From an uncultured Nitrososphaerota archaeon (lineage in GTDB: Archaea > Thermoproteota > Nitrososphaeria > Nitrososphaerales > Gagatemarchaeaceae): a stretch of DNA of 64,000 bases. Each line of letters begins with the position of its first letter. The stretch's first letter is position 1. Under the pieces are notes generated by a model. The model searched no databases and was not told where the DNA came from. It saw only the letters and a list, made by a program, of their open reading frames with translations. Location of the stretch: NCBI GenBank assembly GCA_963838925.1, contig CAWISW010000002.1, forward strand, positions 384,001-448,000. The letters are read 5' to 3'. The position numbers were made by a program, and so were the translations under genes. Below, piece after piece: positions 1-9,833 of this stretch.

Positions 1-519
1 AATCCTGTTGAGCATCATGTAGCGCAGGGAGTCCGAGAGAGGCTGCTCTTCAGAGGTGACCTTCAGCCGTGACGCGACATCCCTCACCTTCAGGGGCACC
101 GTCATGTTTCTGAGCACCAGGCAGGGGATGATCTGGCTCAGAGAGAGGACCGCGATGGGCTCTCCGTCATCGTCGGTGATGGTCACGTCTCCGTACCTGT
201 TTGCTGCTATCTTCTTCAGGACCGACTGGAAATCGTCTCTGTGGCTCAGATACGAGATTTCAGACACGCCCAATCCTTCGATGACTTGCCCAATGGATTG
301 ACTCAGTCGGCTCAAGATCTCGGCGCTCGGCAAGTTCATGAGATGCGCCACCAGCTGATATCCGTAGAGCGCGCCGAGCACTTCGCTCCCGTCGGTGACG
401 AAGACCGAGGAGACGTCCCACGACGACAACATGGTGCCCAGCTGCAGCACGCTGTCTTCCTTCGAGACAGCCACGGGCGGCCTGACCGTGGTGCCCTGGA
501 GCAGCTCAGAGACGTTCAT
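1..519 (-). CDS. CBS-domain protein (runs off window edge)
   Basis: Own translation from ATG 519: MNVSELLQGTTVRPPVAVSKEDSVLQLGTMLSSWDVSSVFV...EEQPLSDSLRYMMLNRI; repeated CBS-like pattern; open to position 1. Confidence 0.65.
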   Translation of the reverse strand, partial: MNVSELLQGTTVRPPVAVSKEDSVLQLGTMLSSWDVSSVFVTDGSEVLGALYGYQLVAHLMNLPSAEILSRLSQSIGQVIEGLGVSEISYLSHRDDFQSVLKKIAANRYGDVTITDDDGEPIAVLSLSQIIPCLVLRNMTVPLKVRDVASRLKVTSEEQPLSDSLRYMMLNRI

Positions 520-768
520 TCCAAGGCCTGTGCTCGAAATCGTGTTTGAACCGTCTAAAAGCCATATTGTGCGCTTTCCCAATATCTTCGAGAGACTTTT
601 GGGGAACTACCGGGCCGCGAGGCGCAGGATGAGACGCGCTTGGCTTCGACCTTCGAGCAAGCAAAGTCGACCCGTGGCGACAGGCTCTGCGCGACAATCA
701 AGGCTCCAAACAATGTAAATATCTGCGGCGGGCTTCCGGGGAGGACATGGAAGGAAAGTTCGAGCGCC

Positions 769-1320
769 ATGGAGACACAATCTGACGACGCAACTTTGGT
801 CGTGAGCAGGCGGATAAGGCCGGGGCAGGAGCAGGCCTACGAGGGCTGGCTCCGGCGAGTCATCCAAGCAGCGAGGGCGTTCCCAGGATACATGGGTGTG
901 ACGACCCTTTCGCCCGAAGGGGTGGATTCCGACCTCAGGTATCTCATCTGGCGGTTCGACAACGCCGCGACGCTCGAGGCCTGGGAGAAGTCTGACGTGA
1001 GGAACAAGCTAGTGCAGGAAGTCCAGAACTACTCGACCCAGCACTACGAGAAGGCGACGGGGATGGAGACCTGGTTCTTGCTCCCGAGCATGAAGAAGAT
1101 CCAGGCGCCGCCCAAGTGGAAGATGTTCGCGGTGACCCTCCTCGCGGCGTACGTTGTCAGCTTCCTCGCCCGTTTCATCCTCGGCTCCTATCTGGGGTCT
1201 TGGCCGCTCTTCGCGAGCAACCTCGTCTTCTCCGGCATCCTTGTGGGGACCCTGACCTACTTCGCCATGCCGAGGCTCAGCTCTCTGCTCCGCAGCTGGC
1301 TCTACCCCAAGGACGGCTGA
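769..1320 (+). CDS. Antibiotic biosynthesis monooxygenase (ABM)-like protein with C-terminal membrane helices
   Basis: IRPGQEQAYEGW...FPGYMG...WRFD...LEAWEKS, then GMETWF, PPKWK and two hydrophobic helices; start ATG 769 preferred over 640. Confidence 0.8.
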   Translation: METQSDDATLVVSRRIRPGQEQAYEGWLRRVIQAARAFPGYMGVTTLSPEGVDSDLRYLIWRFDNAATLEAWEKSDVRNKLVQEVQNYSTQHYEKATGMETWFLLPSMKKIQAPPKWKMFAVTLLAAYVVSFLARFILGSYLGSWPLFASNLVFSGILVGTLTYFAMPRLSSLLRSWLYPKDG

Positions 1321-1328
1321 GGTCGGCA

Positions 1329-3341
1329 CTATTTCGGAGGCAGCCTGTCCGCGACGATCTCGGCGATGTCGCGCACCTCGAGGCCTCCCTTCGGTCCTTT
1401 CGCCGCGTCCTCGAGCATCGTGATGCAAAAGGGGCACGCCACTGCGAGCGTCTTCGCGCCGGTCTTCACCGCCTCCTCCATGCGTATCGCGCTGATCTTC
1501 GTCTTCTCAGGAACCTGATACCAGACGTTCGCCCCGCCCCCGCCGCAGCAGAAGCTCTTCTCGCGGCTCCGCGGCATCTCGACAACCTCGAAGCCTTCCG
1601 CCGCCTTGATGACGTCCCTCGGCGCGTCGTAGACCCCGTTCACCCTCCCGAGGTTGCACGGGTCGTGGAATGTCACCGCCCCTTCGCGCTTCTCCATCTT
1701 GAGCCTCCCCTGCCCGACCAATTCGCCGATGAGCTGCGAGTGGTGGATGACCTGGAAGTCCGCACCGAACTCGGGGTACTCGTTGAGGAAGGTGTTGAAG
1801 CAGTGCGGGCAGTGGACGACCACCTTCTTCGCCCCCGAGCGCGCGATGCTCTCGATGTTCCTGAGCGCGAGCTCCTGGAAGCGCGCCTCCTCCCCCATCC
1901 TCCTGACCGGCTCTCCCGTGCACGCCTCCTCGTTCCCGAGCACTGCGTAGTTCACCTTCGCCGCGTCCAGGATCTTGACCACCGCCTGCGTGAGCCTCTT
2001 TCCCCTGGGGTCGTAGCTCCCCTGGCACCCGACCCAGTAGAGGTACTCCGGGTTGGGGTTCGTCTTGAGCGTCGGGGCCCCGGCCTCCACGAGCCAGTTC
2101 TGCCTCTCTTGCTGGGGGAGCCCGAAGGGATTGTTCGCGCGCGCGACGTTCTCGAGGAACGCGCGCTTCATCGGGTCGAGCCTGTTCTCTGCTACCAGCG
2201 TCCGCCGAAAGTCCACGATGTAGTCGACTTGGTTGATGAAGACCGGGCATGCCTCCACGCAGGCGCTGCAGGTCGTGCAAGCCCACAGCTCGCTCTCGCG
2301 TATCACGCCCCTCGCGAAGACGTCCTCCTTCGGGGCTGCCTTCGACTGCTTCCCGAGGTCCTGGATGACGTCCCGTGGCGATAGGTCCCTTCCCGCGGCA
2401 TTCGCCGGGCAGACCTCCACGCATCTCCCGCAGTTGGTGCAAGCGTCGAGGGCAAGAAGCCTCAGGGGCGGGAAGTAGTCCGCAGTGCGAGCGTTGGGCG
2501 GCGCTTCCACCTCCCCCGTCTTGAGCATCGCCGCGAGGCTGAACGGGGTGCTCAGTTGCCCGCGGGGCTTCTCGGGCGCGAGGACGATGTTCGAGGCTGA
2601 GGTGAAGACGTGGATCAGCTTCGTGTACGGAGTCGCGGCAATCAGGGCCATGACCGAGAACATGTGCGCCCACCAGAAGCCCTGGTAGACGACCTGCGCC
2701 TGCGCGACCGAGAGCGACAGAGTCCCCCCGATGAGCGCCGAGAGCGCGTCCCCCACGGGCGAGAAGATCGCCCACTGTGATGGAACGGCGACGAACCTCA
2801 GCGCCTCGATGACGAACCCGGAGACGCCTATCCAGATGAGCATGCCCAGCACTACGCGGTCGTCCCAGCCCGTCCTCAGCTTGTCCAGCCGCTGGACGTA
2901 GCGCCGGTAGACCGCTATCGCGAGCCCGATTATGAAGAGGAGGCCGAGGGTATCCCCGAGGAACTCCAACGCTAGGTAAAAGTCCCCCTTGATGAAAATC
3001 CCCCCGCCGAAGATGGGCAGTATGTCGGACTGGACGAAGATCAGGAAGGTGTAGGCGAAGAGCATTAGGAACCCGTAGAAGACGGCCCCGTGCATCACAC
3101 CGCCGGAACCACCCTCCAGGACCTTCCTCTGGCCCAGGGCGTACTTGCCGAACCTCCCGAGCTTCGTCTTGAGGTCCTCGGACGAGAGCGAGAGGAACTC
3201 CCCGAGGCCCATCCCGTAGCTCCTCAGGTGTCTGTAGAGGCCGAGGAGCATGATGAGGCCGGCGGCGAAGAAGGTGATGTAGACCAGTGCGGGCGCGTAA
3301 GAGGGGAGAAAGAGGTAGCTCTGGCGCACCGGCTCCGACAT
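1329..3341 (-). CDS. Membrane-bound Fe-S oxidoreductase (HdrD/GlpC/FadF-like; NarI-like membrane domain, 2x[4Fe-4S], CCG domains)
   Basis: CTNCGRCVEVCP and CTTCSACVEACP ferredoxin motifs, YWVGC, CPHC, FHDPC, CCGGGG, CPFC; N-terminal TM helices with His. Confidence 0.9.
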   Translation of the reverse strand: MSEPVRQSYLFLPSYAPALVYITFFAAGLIMLLGLYRHLRSYGMGLGEFLSLSSEDLKTKLGRFGKYALGQRKVLEGGSGGVMHGAVFYGFLMLFAYTFLIFVQSDILPIFGGGIFIKGDFYLALEFLGDTLGLLFIIGLAIAVYRRYVQRLDKLRTGWDDRVVLGMLIWIGVSGFVIEALRFVAVPSQWAIFSPVGDALSALIGGTLSLSVAQAQVVYQGFWWAHMFSVMALIAATPYTKLIHVFTSASNIVLAPEKPRGQLSTPFSLAAMLKTGEVEAPPNARTADYFPPLRLLALDACTNCGRCVEVCPANAAGRDLSPRDVIQDLGKQSKAAPKEDVFARGVIRESELWACTTCSACVEACPVFINQVDYIVDFRRTLVAENRLDPMKRAFLENVARANNPFGLPQQERQNWLVEAGAPTLKTNPNPEYLYWVGCQGSYDPRGKRLTQAVVKILDAAKVNYAVLGNEEACTGEPVRRMGEEARFQELALRNIESIARSGAKKVVVHCPHCFNTFLNEYPEFGADFQVIHHSQLIGELVGQGRLKMEKREGAVTFHDPCNLGRVNGVYDAPRDVIKAAEGFEVVEMPRSREKSFCCGGGGANVWYQVPEKTKISAIRMEEAVKTGAKTLAVACPFCITMLEDAAKGPKGGLEVRDIAEIVADRLPPK

Positions 3342-3541
3342 TAGATGGCTGCGTTCACCCTGATTTGGTTAATACAGCTTGCGACCCTCGGCGCCGCTAG
3401 AGCCTTCGGTGAAGACCAATCCCCTAGGTTTATCTATCGTCGCAGCGGTGGAACAGACTGAGACGGCGCAATCTCGGAGAGAAAGGCGAAGTGATGCACA
3501 TGAAGCTTACAGCGTCGATGCCCTCGGCAGAGTGACCTCGG

Positions 3542-3970
3542 ATGAGCAATCCAGACGACGAAATGAACCCGTATGAAACATTGGGACTTCCTCCAGATGC
3601 CACTTTGGAGCAGGTGAAATCAAGGTTCAGGCAAGTCAACGACGCATATCTCAAGATACTCCAGTCGTCAAAGACCGGCGTGAGGGCCGGTGCGCCCAGT
3701 CGACCTAGTCCAACAGAAGACAGCACTGTCCAACCCAAGCCACAGCCAGATGCAAGTCCAAAGCAGGGGGCCTCGCCTCCGCAACAGACTCACACGGAGC
3801 CGATAGCCAAGATCAAGGCAAGGCTCGCAAAAGGGGAAATAAAGAAAGCCCAATTTGAGAAGCTGGCAAGAGAGCGGTACAATTACCTCAAGAACAAGCC
3901 CTTCAGCGAGTTGACGGACTCTGAGTTTGAAGAGAGAACCAAGGGGTTTGAAGGATTGAAGTTTCTATGA
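3542..3970 (+). CDS. J-domain-like protein lacking the HPD motif
   Basis: NPYETLGLPPDATLEQVKSR directly followed by FRQVNDAY; Pro/Gln linker; SHOCT-like RLAKGEIKKAQFEK. Confidence 0.6.
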   Translation: MSNPDDEMNPYETLGLPPDATLEQVKSRFRQVNDAYLKILQSSKTGVRAGAPSRPSPTEDSTVQPKPQPDASPKQGASPPQQTHTEPIAKIKARLAKGEIKKAQFEKLARERYNYLKNKPFSELTDSEFEERTKGFEGLKFL

Positions 3971-4028
3971 CCCAGTCGCACGACTAGGATAGGAGTCTAC
4001 CAAGTCGAGTCCTTCGCCTGAGACAGAC

Positions 4029-5957
4029 TCAGGCTGCCTTTCTGTCAACCCGCCTCCTGATTATCTTTCCACCACCCGCAGGGAGCATGCGCAGCACGTC
4101 ATCCACGCCGATGCTGACGCGCGCGTCGGCATACGGCGTCAACTCATGGAGAACTCGCTTTGCCGTGTCGGACGGCTTCTCCCTGCTCGGAACAAGGGTG
4201 ACGTGCCCCTTGGCCACCTTGATGATCGCCTCCTCGGGCCCTGAGATTATTCGTCCACCATCATCGATTCCCACTGCGACCTCCACCGTGTTCCTACTGA
4301 CGAAGTTCTTTTTCCCATTTATCGCGAACGAGCCGTGGGCGAGGAACTCCCCGCTCGGCCCCGCCGTGCCCACCTGCTCCGGGTTCACCCAGTAAGCGTC
4401 CGCCGCTCCCAGCCCGGTCTTCCACGCGCTGCTGAACGTCGCGGTCGCCTTCGCCACCTCCCTGACCTCCTCCTCCGTCTGCTCCTTCCCCCCCTTGAGC
4501 ACGAAGAACGGCGAGCCGAACAGGTCTGCGTGGTAGACCGTGTCGCCCTCCTGCAAGTGCCTCCGAATCAGGGTCGAGTTTGTCTGAGCGTCGCGCCCCC
4601 CGATGGCGAGCTTCCCCCCAGTCGTGAAGAACCACCTGAACTTCTCATACCACTCCTTCTTCGCCCTGGACAGGGGAATCGCCTTCACCCGGGCGGTCTC
4701 TTCCTTCCCGCTCTCCTTCTTGAGCTTGGGCTGGAGCTTCTTGATCGCGTCATCTATGTCCTGGATGTCGCGCTCAGTCCTCTTCGCCCGGTCGAAGATG
4801 GCCGAAGAGATGGACGCCTGCCCCTTCTCCGCTGATTTGTCGAGCGAGGATTGCAGGTCGCCGGGCAGGACCTTCGCGGCCTTCGCAATCTCCACGGCCT
4901 GCTCCGTGTCCGGAGCGGCCCTCACCAGCGGCGCCAGCTTCCTAAGCTCGGCGGAGAGCTTCGCGAGCCCGGTCTTCTTCTGCTCCAGGTCGGCGATGGT
5001 GGCCTGGAGCTCAAGGGCCCGTCGTTTGTGCGCCCCGCCTTTGGACTCCTCCTCTTCCGCGCGCGAGGCGCCCTCCTCCTCCGCCGTAAGCAGCCCTGAG
5101 AAGAGCAGCTTGTCGAGCAGCGGGCTCAGCGTGGGCGAGGCCTCGACGACCTGCCACCCCTTCGGATAGATGACCATGACCTCGACCGTCCCCTCGCCGG
5201 CACCCACCAGGCAAGGCCAAGGGTGGTTCTCGATGCCGTCCAGGATCTCCTTGACCGTCGCCATGATGTCGCCCACCTCCTTGTCGGGGATGTCCGTCGG
5301 GTCTTCCTGGACGTGGGAGAGGCGGGCCAGTATCTCGTCGACGTACCTCCTGGGGATGGATAGCCCCCTCCCGAGGGCTCGGCCGAGCGTGTTCTCCTTC
5401 GCCAGGGCCTTGGTCAGGTCCTCCCGCGTGACCGTGTCGAGCGAAGCCCGTGTCTGGGCGGGCGGGACGTAGGGAAGGCCCTTCGAGATCCTCCTCGACT
5501 CGCTCCGGACTTCGCGGAGGGCGAGGGTTATCTTGCCGTCAGGGCCGGTCAGCACGAGGTTGCCGGGAGGCATCAGCTCGAGGACGAGCTTGAAGCGGTC
5601 GTCCCCCTTCCCCTCGAACCCCAGCATGAGCACCCTGTCCAGGTCGAACTGCGTGACCGACTCGAGCTTGGCCCTGAGCAGGTGAGACCGCAGCGCCGTC
5701 GTGAACTCCGTCGTCTCCACACGGGCGGGCTTCTCGGTTATCCACGCGCCGAGCTTCGGGGAGAGAACAAGGGACACTTCGACAGACTCGCCGCCCTCGG
5801 CCCCTCCTGACTTTCTCATCCTGAGAAGCTGGCTCTCTCCAATCGAATAGATGTTCGAGACGTAGGTCCCCGCGAGCGCGGCGGAGATCTCCTTGGAGAG
5901 GACCCTGAACTCGAGCCCTGAAAGCGAACCCTTCGACTTGTCCGAGACCGACGACAT
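4029..5957 (-). CDS. rqcH: NFACT / Rqc2 (RqcH) ribosome quality-control protein
   Basis: Q-x-x-LDR, LELMPPGN, WYEKFRWF, GGRDAQTN, YHADLFGSPF, SSAWK, GEFLAHGSF motifs. Confidence 0.9.
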   Translation of the reverse strand: MSSVSDKSKGSLSGLEFRVLSKEISAALAGTYVSNIYSIGESQLLRMRKSGGAEGGESVEVSLVLSPKLGAWITEKPARVETTEFTTALRSHLLRAKLESVTQFDLDRVLMLGFEGKGDDRFKLVLELMPPGNLVLTGPDGKITLALREVRSESRRISKGLPYVPPAQTRASLDTVTREDLTKALAKENTLGRALGRGLSIPRRYVDEILARLSHVQEDPTDIPDKEVGDIMATVKEILDGIENHPWPCLVGAGEGTVEVMVIYPKGWQVVEASPTLSPLLDKLLFSGLLTAEEEGASRAEEEESKGGAHKRRALELQATIADLEQKKTGLAKLSAELRKLAPLVRAAPDTEQAVEIAKAAKVLPGDLQSSLDKSAEKGQASISSAIFDRAKRTERDIQDIDDAIKKLQPKLKKESGKEETARVKAIPLSRAKKEWYEKFRWFFTTGGKLAIGGRDAQTNSTLIRRHLQEGDTVYHADLFGSPFFVLKGGKEQTEEEVREVAKATATFSSAWKTGLGAADAYWVNPEQVGTAGPSGEFLAHGSFAINGKKNFVSRNTVEVAVGIDDGGRIISGPEEAIIKVAKGHVTLVPSREKPSDTAKRVLHELTPYADARVSIGVDDVLRMLPAGGGKIIRRRVDRKAA

Positions 5958-6059
5958 CTCCTCTCAACTCGCGCCTTGGTGGCCGACTTCGTGCAAGTTT
6001 TATTAACCTACTGCGGGCTCGGGTGAATTTGCTGACCTTTCAGACACAAGTGATTATCA

Positions 6060-6404
6060 TTGCCCTTTACTGACCTCGACAAGATCTTCTGGTTCAGGGC
6101 GGGTCTGGGGGTCGTCGGTGGGGTAGGGGCGGAGCTGCTCACAGGCTGCAAGGTAGTCATCCCGGCCGTCAAGGGTGGCGGGGCCTGCGTCGGGGGGCTT
6201 ACTCCTGACTATTCGACGGGCTTGCTCCTGGGCATGTTCCTCTTCCTTCTCTCCTACTACTTCCTCAAGGTGACCATAGGCAAGAGGTTCCCGAAGGACG
6301 AGCAGAGGAAGATCTACACCACAGGAGTGGGAGCGTTCGCGCTTCTCTTTGTCTTCTGCTGGATTCTGCTCTTCACTCTGGGCGTTTCTGACTTGAATCT
6401 TTAA
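6060..6404 (+). CDS. Small 3-TM membrane protein, EMC6-like
   Basis: Three hydrophobic helices; C-terminal TGVGAFALLFVFCWILLFTL resembles the EMC6/Rab5ip C-terminal helix. Confidence 0.55.
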   Translation: MPFTDLDKIFWFRAGLGVVGGVGAELLTGCKVVIPAVKGGGACVGGLTPDYSTGLLLGMFLFLLSYYFLKVTIGKRFPKDEQRKIYTTGVGAFALLFVFCWILLFTLGVSDLNL

Positions 6405-6720
6405 CGCGTTTCGCCCACTTGCCGAGCGTCTGGAGATATCCCTTGTCCAGGTCGTCCATCATCTGTATCTTTGGCAGCCTCTCCACCGCGCGCAGAATCT
6501 TGTCGGCGTCCGCCATCTTGTCGGGCGTCCTGTTCTCCATCACGTTGACTATCCCGTTGAGCGCAAGTAAGGCTCCCCTGCCGTACTCCGATGAGACCTG
6601 GGGCGACATGTGCGTCAGCCTCTGCCTCGCGTCCTCTAGCTTGGTGTGAACGAGCGACTCGATAATCACATCGACCTCTTCTTTGATCATGCTGCTTGAA
6701 AGCATAAGACGCATACGCAT
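6373..6720 (-). CDS. Hypothetical protein
   Basis: Plausible helical ORF with host-like codon use; start could be ATG 6690. Confidence 0.55.
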   Translation of the reverse strand: MRMRLMLSSSMIKEEVDVIIESLVHTKLEDARQRLTHMSPQVSSEYGRGALLALNGIVNVMENRTPDKMADADKILRAVERLPKIQMMDDLDKGYLQTLGKWAKRVKDSSQKRPE

Positions 6721-6790
6721 CGCTAATGTTTGTTTAAATGCTTATGCCATGAGATTGGACCGATTTCCGGCCCTCGACGGGCCTGTCCGT

Positions 6791-7540
6791 CTACTCGAAA
6801 CCTTTCTCGGTGAGCCTGAATTTCACGGGTTGTGCGGCATTCCGGGGCGACTCGACGTTGGCGTAGACGAAACTGCCCTGCCTTCTGAGCCGGATCGACT
6901 TGCTGACGAACCTCCCGAGGGTGAGGCCGCCCAGGTTGATGTCCTGGGTGACGCCGTTCCGGGTCACGGAGGCCACCCTGTTCGTGAGCAAGACGACCCT
7001 GCGGTGAAAGTAGGCGTCCAGCGCGATGCGGTTGAGGTACACGCCAAGAGCCCCCTGCCGCCTCCCCACCCTCTCCCTGTCGGGGAACTCGAGGGAGAAG
7101 TTCTTCGTGACCGTGTCTATGACGACAAGCTTCGCCGAGCTGACACGTGGGTCGTCGGCCATCCGCTTCAGGACGTGGGACTGCGCCTCGACGTCGCGGG
7201 CCCGAACGGAGAACACGCCCTCCAGCGTCGCCTTCGGCTCGAGCCCCCTCGCCTCCGCCATCTGGACGACCCTCTCCGGCCGGAAGGTCGACTCCGTGTC
7301 CACGTAGACCGACTTCCACCCGTTGGCCGCCGCGATGACCGTGGCCTGCATGGCGAGCTGGGTCTTGCCAGAGTTGCTCGGCCCGAAGACCTCGGTTATC
7401 TTTCCCTCCTCGTACCCGCCGCCTATCAGCCCGTCCATCCCGTCGGATCCGGTGCTCAGCTTCCCTAGAGAACGGGCGGCACCAAGCGCCTGGGCGAACG
7501 TTAGCGACCTCAGCTCGTTGCTGGGCGTCGGATCGGGCAA
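6791..7540 (-). CDS. RadA paralog / RadB-like RecA-family ATPase (no N-terminal HhH domain)
   Basis: ITEVFGPSNSGKTQL Walker A, YVDTESTFRPER, LVVIDT Walker B, LLTNRV. Confidence 0.85.
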   Translation of the reverse strand: MPDPTPSNELRSLTFAQALGAARSLGKLSTGSDGMDGLIGGGYEEGKITEVFGPSNSGKTQLAMQATVIAAANGWKSVYVDTESTFRPERVVQMAEARGLEPKATLEGVFSVRARDVEAQSHVLKRMADDPRVSSAKLVVIDTVTKNFSLEFPDRERVGRRQGALGVYLNRIALDAYFHRRVVLLTNRVASVTRNGVTQDINLGGLTLGRFVSKSIRLRRQGSFVYANVESPRNAAQPVKFRLTEKGFE

Positions 7541-7544
7541 GGGG

Positions 7545-7706
7545 TCAGGCCTCTTCTCTCTCGACCGCGCGGACCATTTCTGTTATCGTCTTCGCTTCTG
7601 GGTCCATCCGTGTTAGCTTCATCACGTCGCCCGCATCGACCGAGCACTCCCGAAGCATCTTGAGGTAGAACCACGTGCGCAGCCGAACGGCCTTCAAACC
7701 CGGCAC
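7545..7706 (-). CDS. Small hypothetical protein
   Basis: About 53-codon ORF filling the gap and ending 4 nt before the RadA paralog start; start uncertain. Confidence 0.35.
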   Translation of the reverse strand: MPGLKAVRLRTWFYLKMLRECSVDAGDVMKLTRMDPEAKTITEMVRAVEREEA

Positions 7707-7780
7707 CTTTCGGAATCCGGCTCGTGAGTTACTAAGCATATCTGTATCCTCTTCGTAGAAGGACGAGGGCGCCAGGAACC

Positions 7781-8224
7781 TTGACGCTGAGAACAAAGAG
7801 CATCTACGAGCCGGCGCAGCCCAGGGATGGGCTGAGGGTGCTGATAACGCGATATTATCCGCGCGGCGTGAAGAAGGACCGTTTCGACCGGTGGGCAAAG
7901 GAGCTCTCGCCCAGCCGCGAGCTGCTTGCCGAGTACAGGGGCGGCCAGAAGGACTGGGACCAATTCAGAGCGTCGTTCATTGAAGAGCTGAGGGCGAGTC
8001 CAGAATCCCTCCAAGCCCTCCGGTCGCTCTTCTCCCTCAGCAACGACCACGACGTCACGCTCCTGTGCTACGAAAAGGAAGGGCAGCCCTGCCATCGGCT
8101 TGTCGTCCGAGACATCCTGGCCTCCCAAGAAAGCCTCTCCAAGTTTCTCGTAGCGGGTTCGCGCGGTCACAGGAGGGAATCGACGGGGCGTAGACCTTCT
8201 CCCAAAGGCGCAAAACATTCGTGA
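7781..8224 (+). CDS. DUF488 (YeaO-like) family protein
   Basis: KSIYEP...DGLRVLITRYYPRGVKK...W.KELSPS.ELL, VTLLCYE...CHR. Confidence 0.85.
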   Translation: MTLRTKSIYEPAQPRDGLRVLITRYYPRGVKKDRFDRWAKELSPSRELLAEYRGGQKDWDQFRASFIEELRASPESLQALRSLFSLSNDHDVTLLCYEKEGQPCHRLVVRDILASQESLSKFLVAGSRGHRRESTGRRPSPKGAKHS

Positions 8225-8332
8225 AGCAGCGAAGTTATTCGCGCAGGAATTTTCCCGTTCTTCAAGGCGGGCCGGCTCATAATACGGATATCTTTTTATT
8301 AGCGACGAAAGGTCGGTCGAAACAGCTCCAAA

Positions 8333-8584
8333 GTGAACTCTTCTCCCCCACAGATGCCGAAGAGGCCTCTTGCTGTCCTGCAGAAAGCGATAAACAAGAA
8401 AGCGACCATCCGCCTCAAGACCGACGTCGAATACAAGGGAAAGGTCTCAAACGTTGACGCGTTCATGAACGTGATACTCGTCGACGCGGAGGAGTTCGAG
8501 GGCGGAGTAAAGTCAGCGAACTACGGCAAGGTAATCGTGAGAGGCGACAACGTCCTCTACGTCAAGCTCGAAAGCAACCTCTGA
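8333..8584 (+). CDS. Sm-like (Lsm/SmAP) RNA-binding protein
   Basis: Sm1 G...D.FMNVIL.DAEE and Sm2 IVRGDNV. Confidence 0.92.
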   Translation: MNSSPPQMPKRPLAVLQKAINKKATIRLKTDVEYKGKVSNVDAFMNVILVDAEEFEGGVKSANYGKVIVRGDNVLYVKLESNL

Positions 8585-8624
8585 GGCTATTGGCTTGGCA
8601 GACGCAATCCTAGGTGGCTCATAG

Positions 8625-9833
8625 GTGAACAGGTCAATCCACTCAGAGCAGCTCCCCGACTGCGTCTCCGACCTTCAGGTCGAGATCGTAGAGAGGAAGG
8701 GCATCGGGCACCCCGACAGCATAATCGACGGCGCCTGCGAAGCGGTCTCGATCGCGCTATCAAAGTACTACCTGGACAACTTTGACGTCATCTTCCACCA
8801 CAACGTCGACAAGGGCCTCTTGGTCGGCGGCAAGTCGACCGCGGTGTGGGGAGGAGGGAAGGTCACCGACCCGATCTACATCTTGGTGGCGGGCAGGGCG
8901 ACGGACTCCGTCCCCGTCGGAAACAAGATGGAGAAGGTTCCCGTGGAAGAGATCGCAAAGGAGGCCGTCGCCAACTACATCCGCGGGACCATGCGCTTCC
9001 TCGACCCCAAGAAGCACACGAAGGTAGAGACGATGATCAGGGCAGGCTCACGCGACCTCGTCGCGGTCTTCATGAGGAAGCAGGTGATGCCGGTCGCCAA
9101 CGACACCTCGATAGGCGTGGGCTTCGCGCCGCTCTCCGAGACTGAGAGGGTCGTCTTCGAGATCGAGCAGCTGCTCAACTCTTCGAAGTTCAAGACGAAG
9201 TACCCGTCTGTGGGCGAGGACGTCAAGGTCATGGGAATGAGGGTGGGCAAGAAGCTCAACGTCACGGTCGCGGCCGCCATGGTCAGCGGGCAGCTCAAGA
9301 ACGCCGGCGAGTACTCCAGCGTGATAAAGGACGTCAGGGAGGAGGTCGACGACTTCGTCGCCAAGTCCCCCCTCGACGTCCACGTCAGGCTCAACCAGGG
9401 GGACGACCCCAAGAGAGGCTCCTACTACCTCACTGTCACCGGCACGTCGGCGGAGCAGGGCGACGACGGGAACACCGGGAGGGGCAACAGGGTCAACGGC
9501 CTCATCTCGCCCATGCGCCAGTACTCGATGGAGGCGACGGCGGGGAAGAACCCGGTCAACCACACGGGCAAGCTCTACAACGCCGTGGCCGTGCACGCCG
9601 CGGAGCAGATCGCAGACGAGGTCAAGGGGGTGAGGGAGTGCTACGTCAGGATACTCAGCAGGATAGGCAGCCCAATCGACCAGCCGCAGATAGCCAGCGC
9701 GGCGGTCATCCTCGAGAAGGGGACGAAGATGAGCAGCGTGAGGGCGGAGGTCGAAGGGATACTCGACGACCAGCTGCGGGACATCCGCAACATCACGAAC
9801 CTCATCCTAGAGAAGCGCGTCATTCTGTTCTGA
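8625..9833 (+). CDS. mat: Archaeal S-adenosylmethionine synthetase
   Basis: VERKGIGHPD, HHNVDK, ANDTS, GEDVKVMG, GDDGNTGRGNR, EATAGKNPVNHTGK. Confidence 0.96.
   Translation: MNRSIHSEQLPDCVSDLQVEIVERKGIGHPDSIIDGACEAVSIALSKYYLDNFDVIFHHNVDKGLLVGGKSTAVWGGGKVTDPIYILVAGRATDSVPVGNKMEKVPVEEIAKEAVANYIRGTMRFLDPKKHTKVETMIRAGSRDLVAVFMRKQVMPVANDTSIGVGFAPLSETERVVFEIEQLLNSSKFKTKYPSVGEDVKVMGMRVGKKLNVTVAAAMVSGQLKNAGEYSSVIKDVREEVDDFVAKSPLDVHVRLNQGDDPKRGSYYLTVTGTSAEQGDDGNTGRGNRVNGLISPMRQYSMEATAGKNPVNHTGKLYNAVAVHAAEQIADEVKGVRECYVRILSRIGSPIDQPQIASAAVILEKGTKMSSVRAEVEGILDDQLRDIRNITNLILEKRVILF

Noticed and set aside
1116-2775. Long alternative-frame ORFs (e.g. 1116..2384, 1507..2775, 31219..32502, 35493..36722, 54307..55722)
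   Set aside because: Shadow ORFs of high-GC genes; they overlap well-supported genes and have Arg/Pro/Gly-rich, motif-free translations
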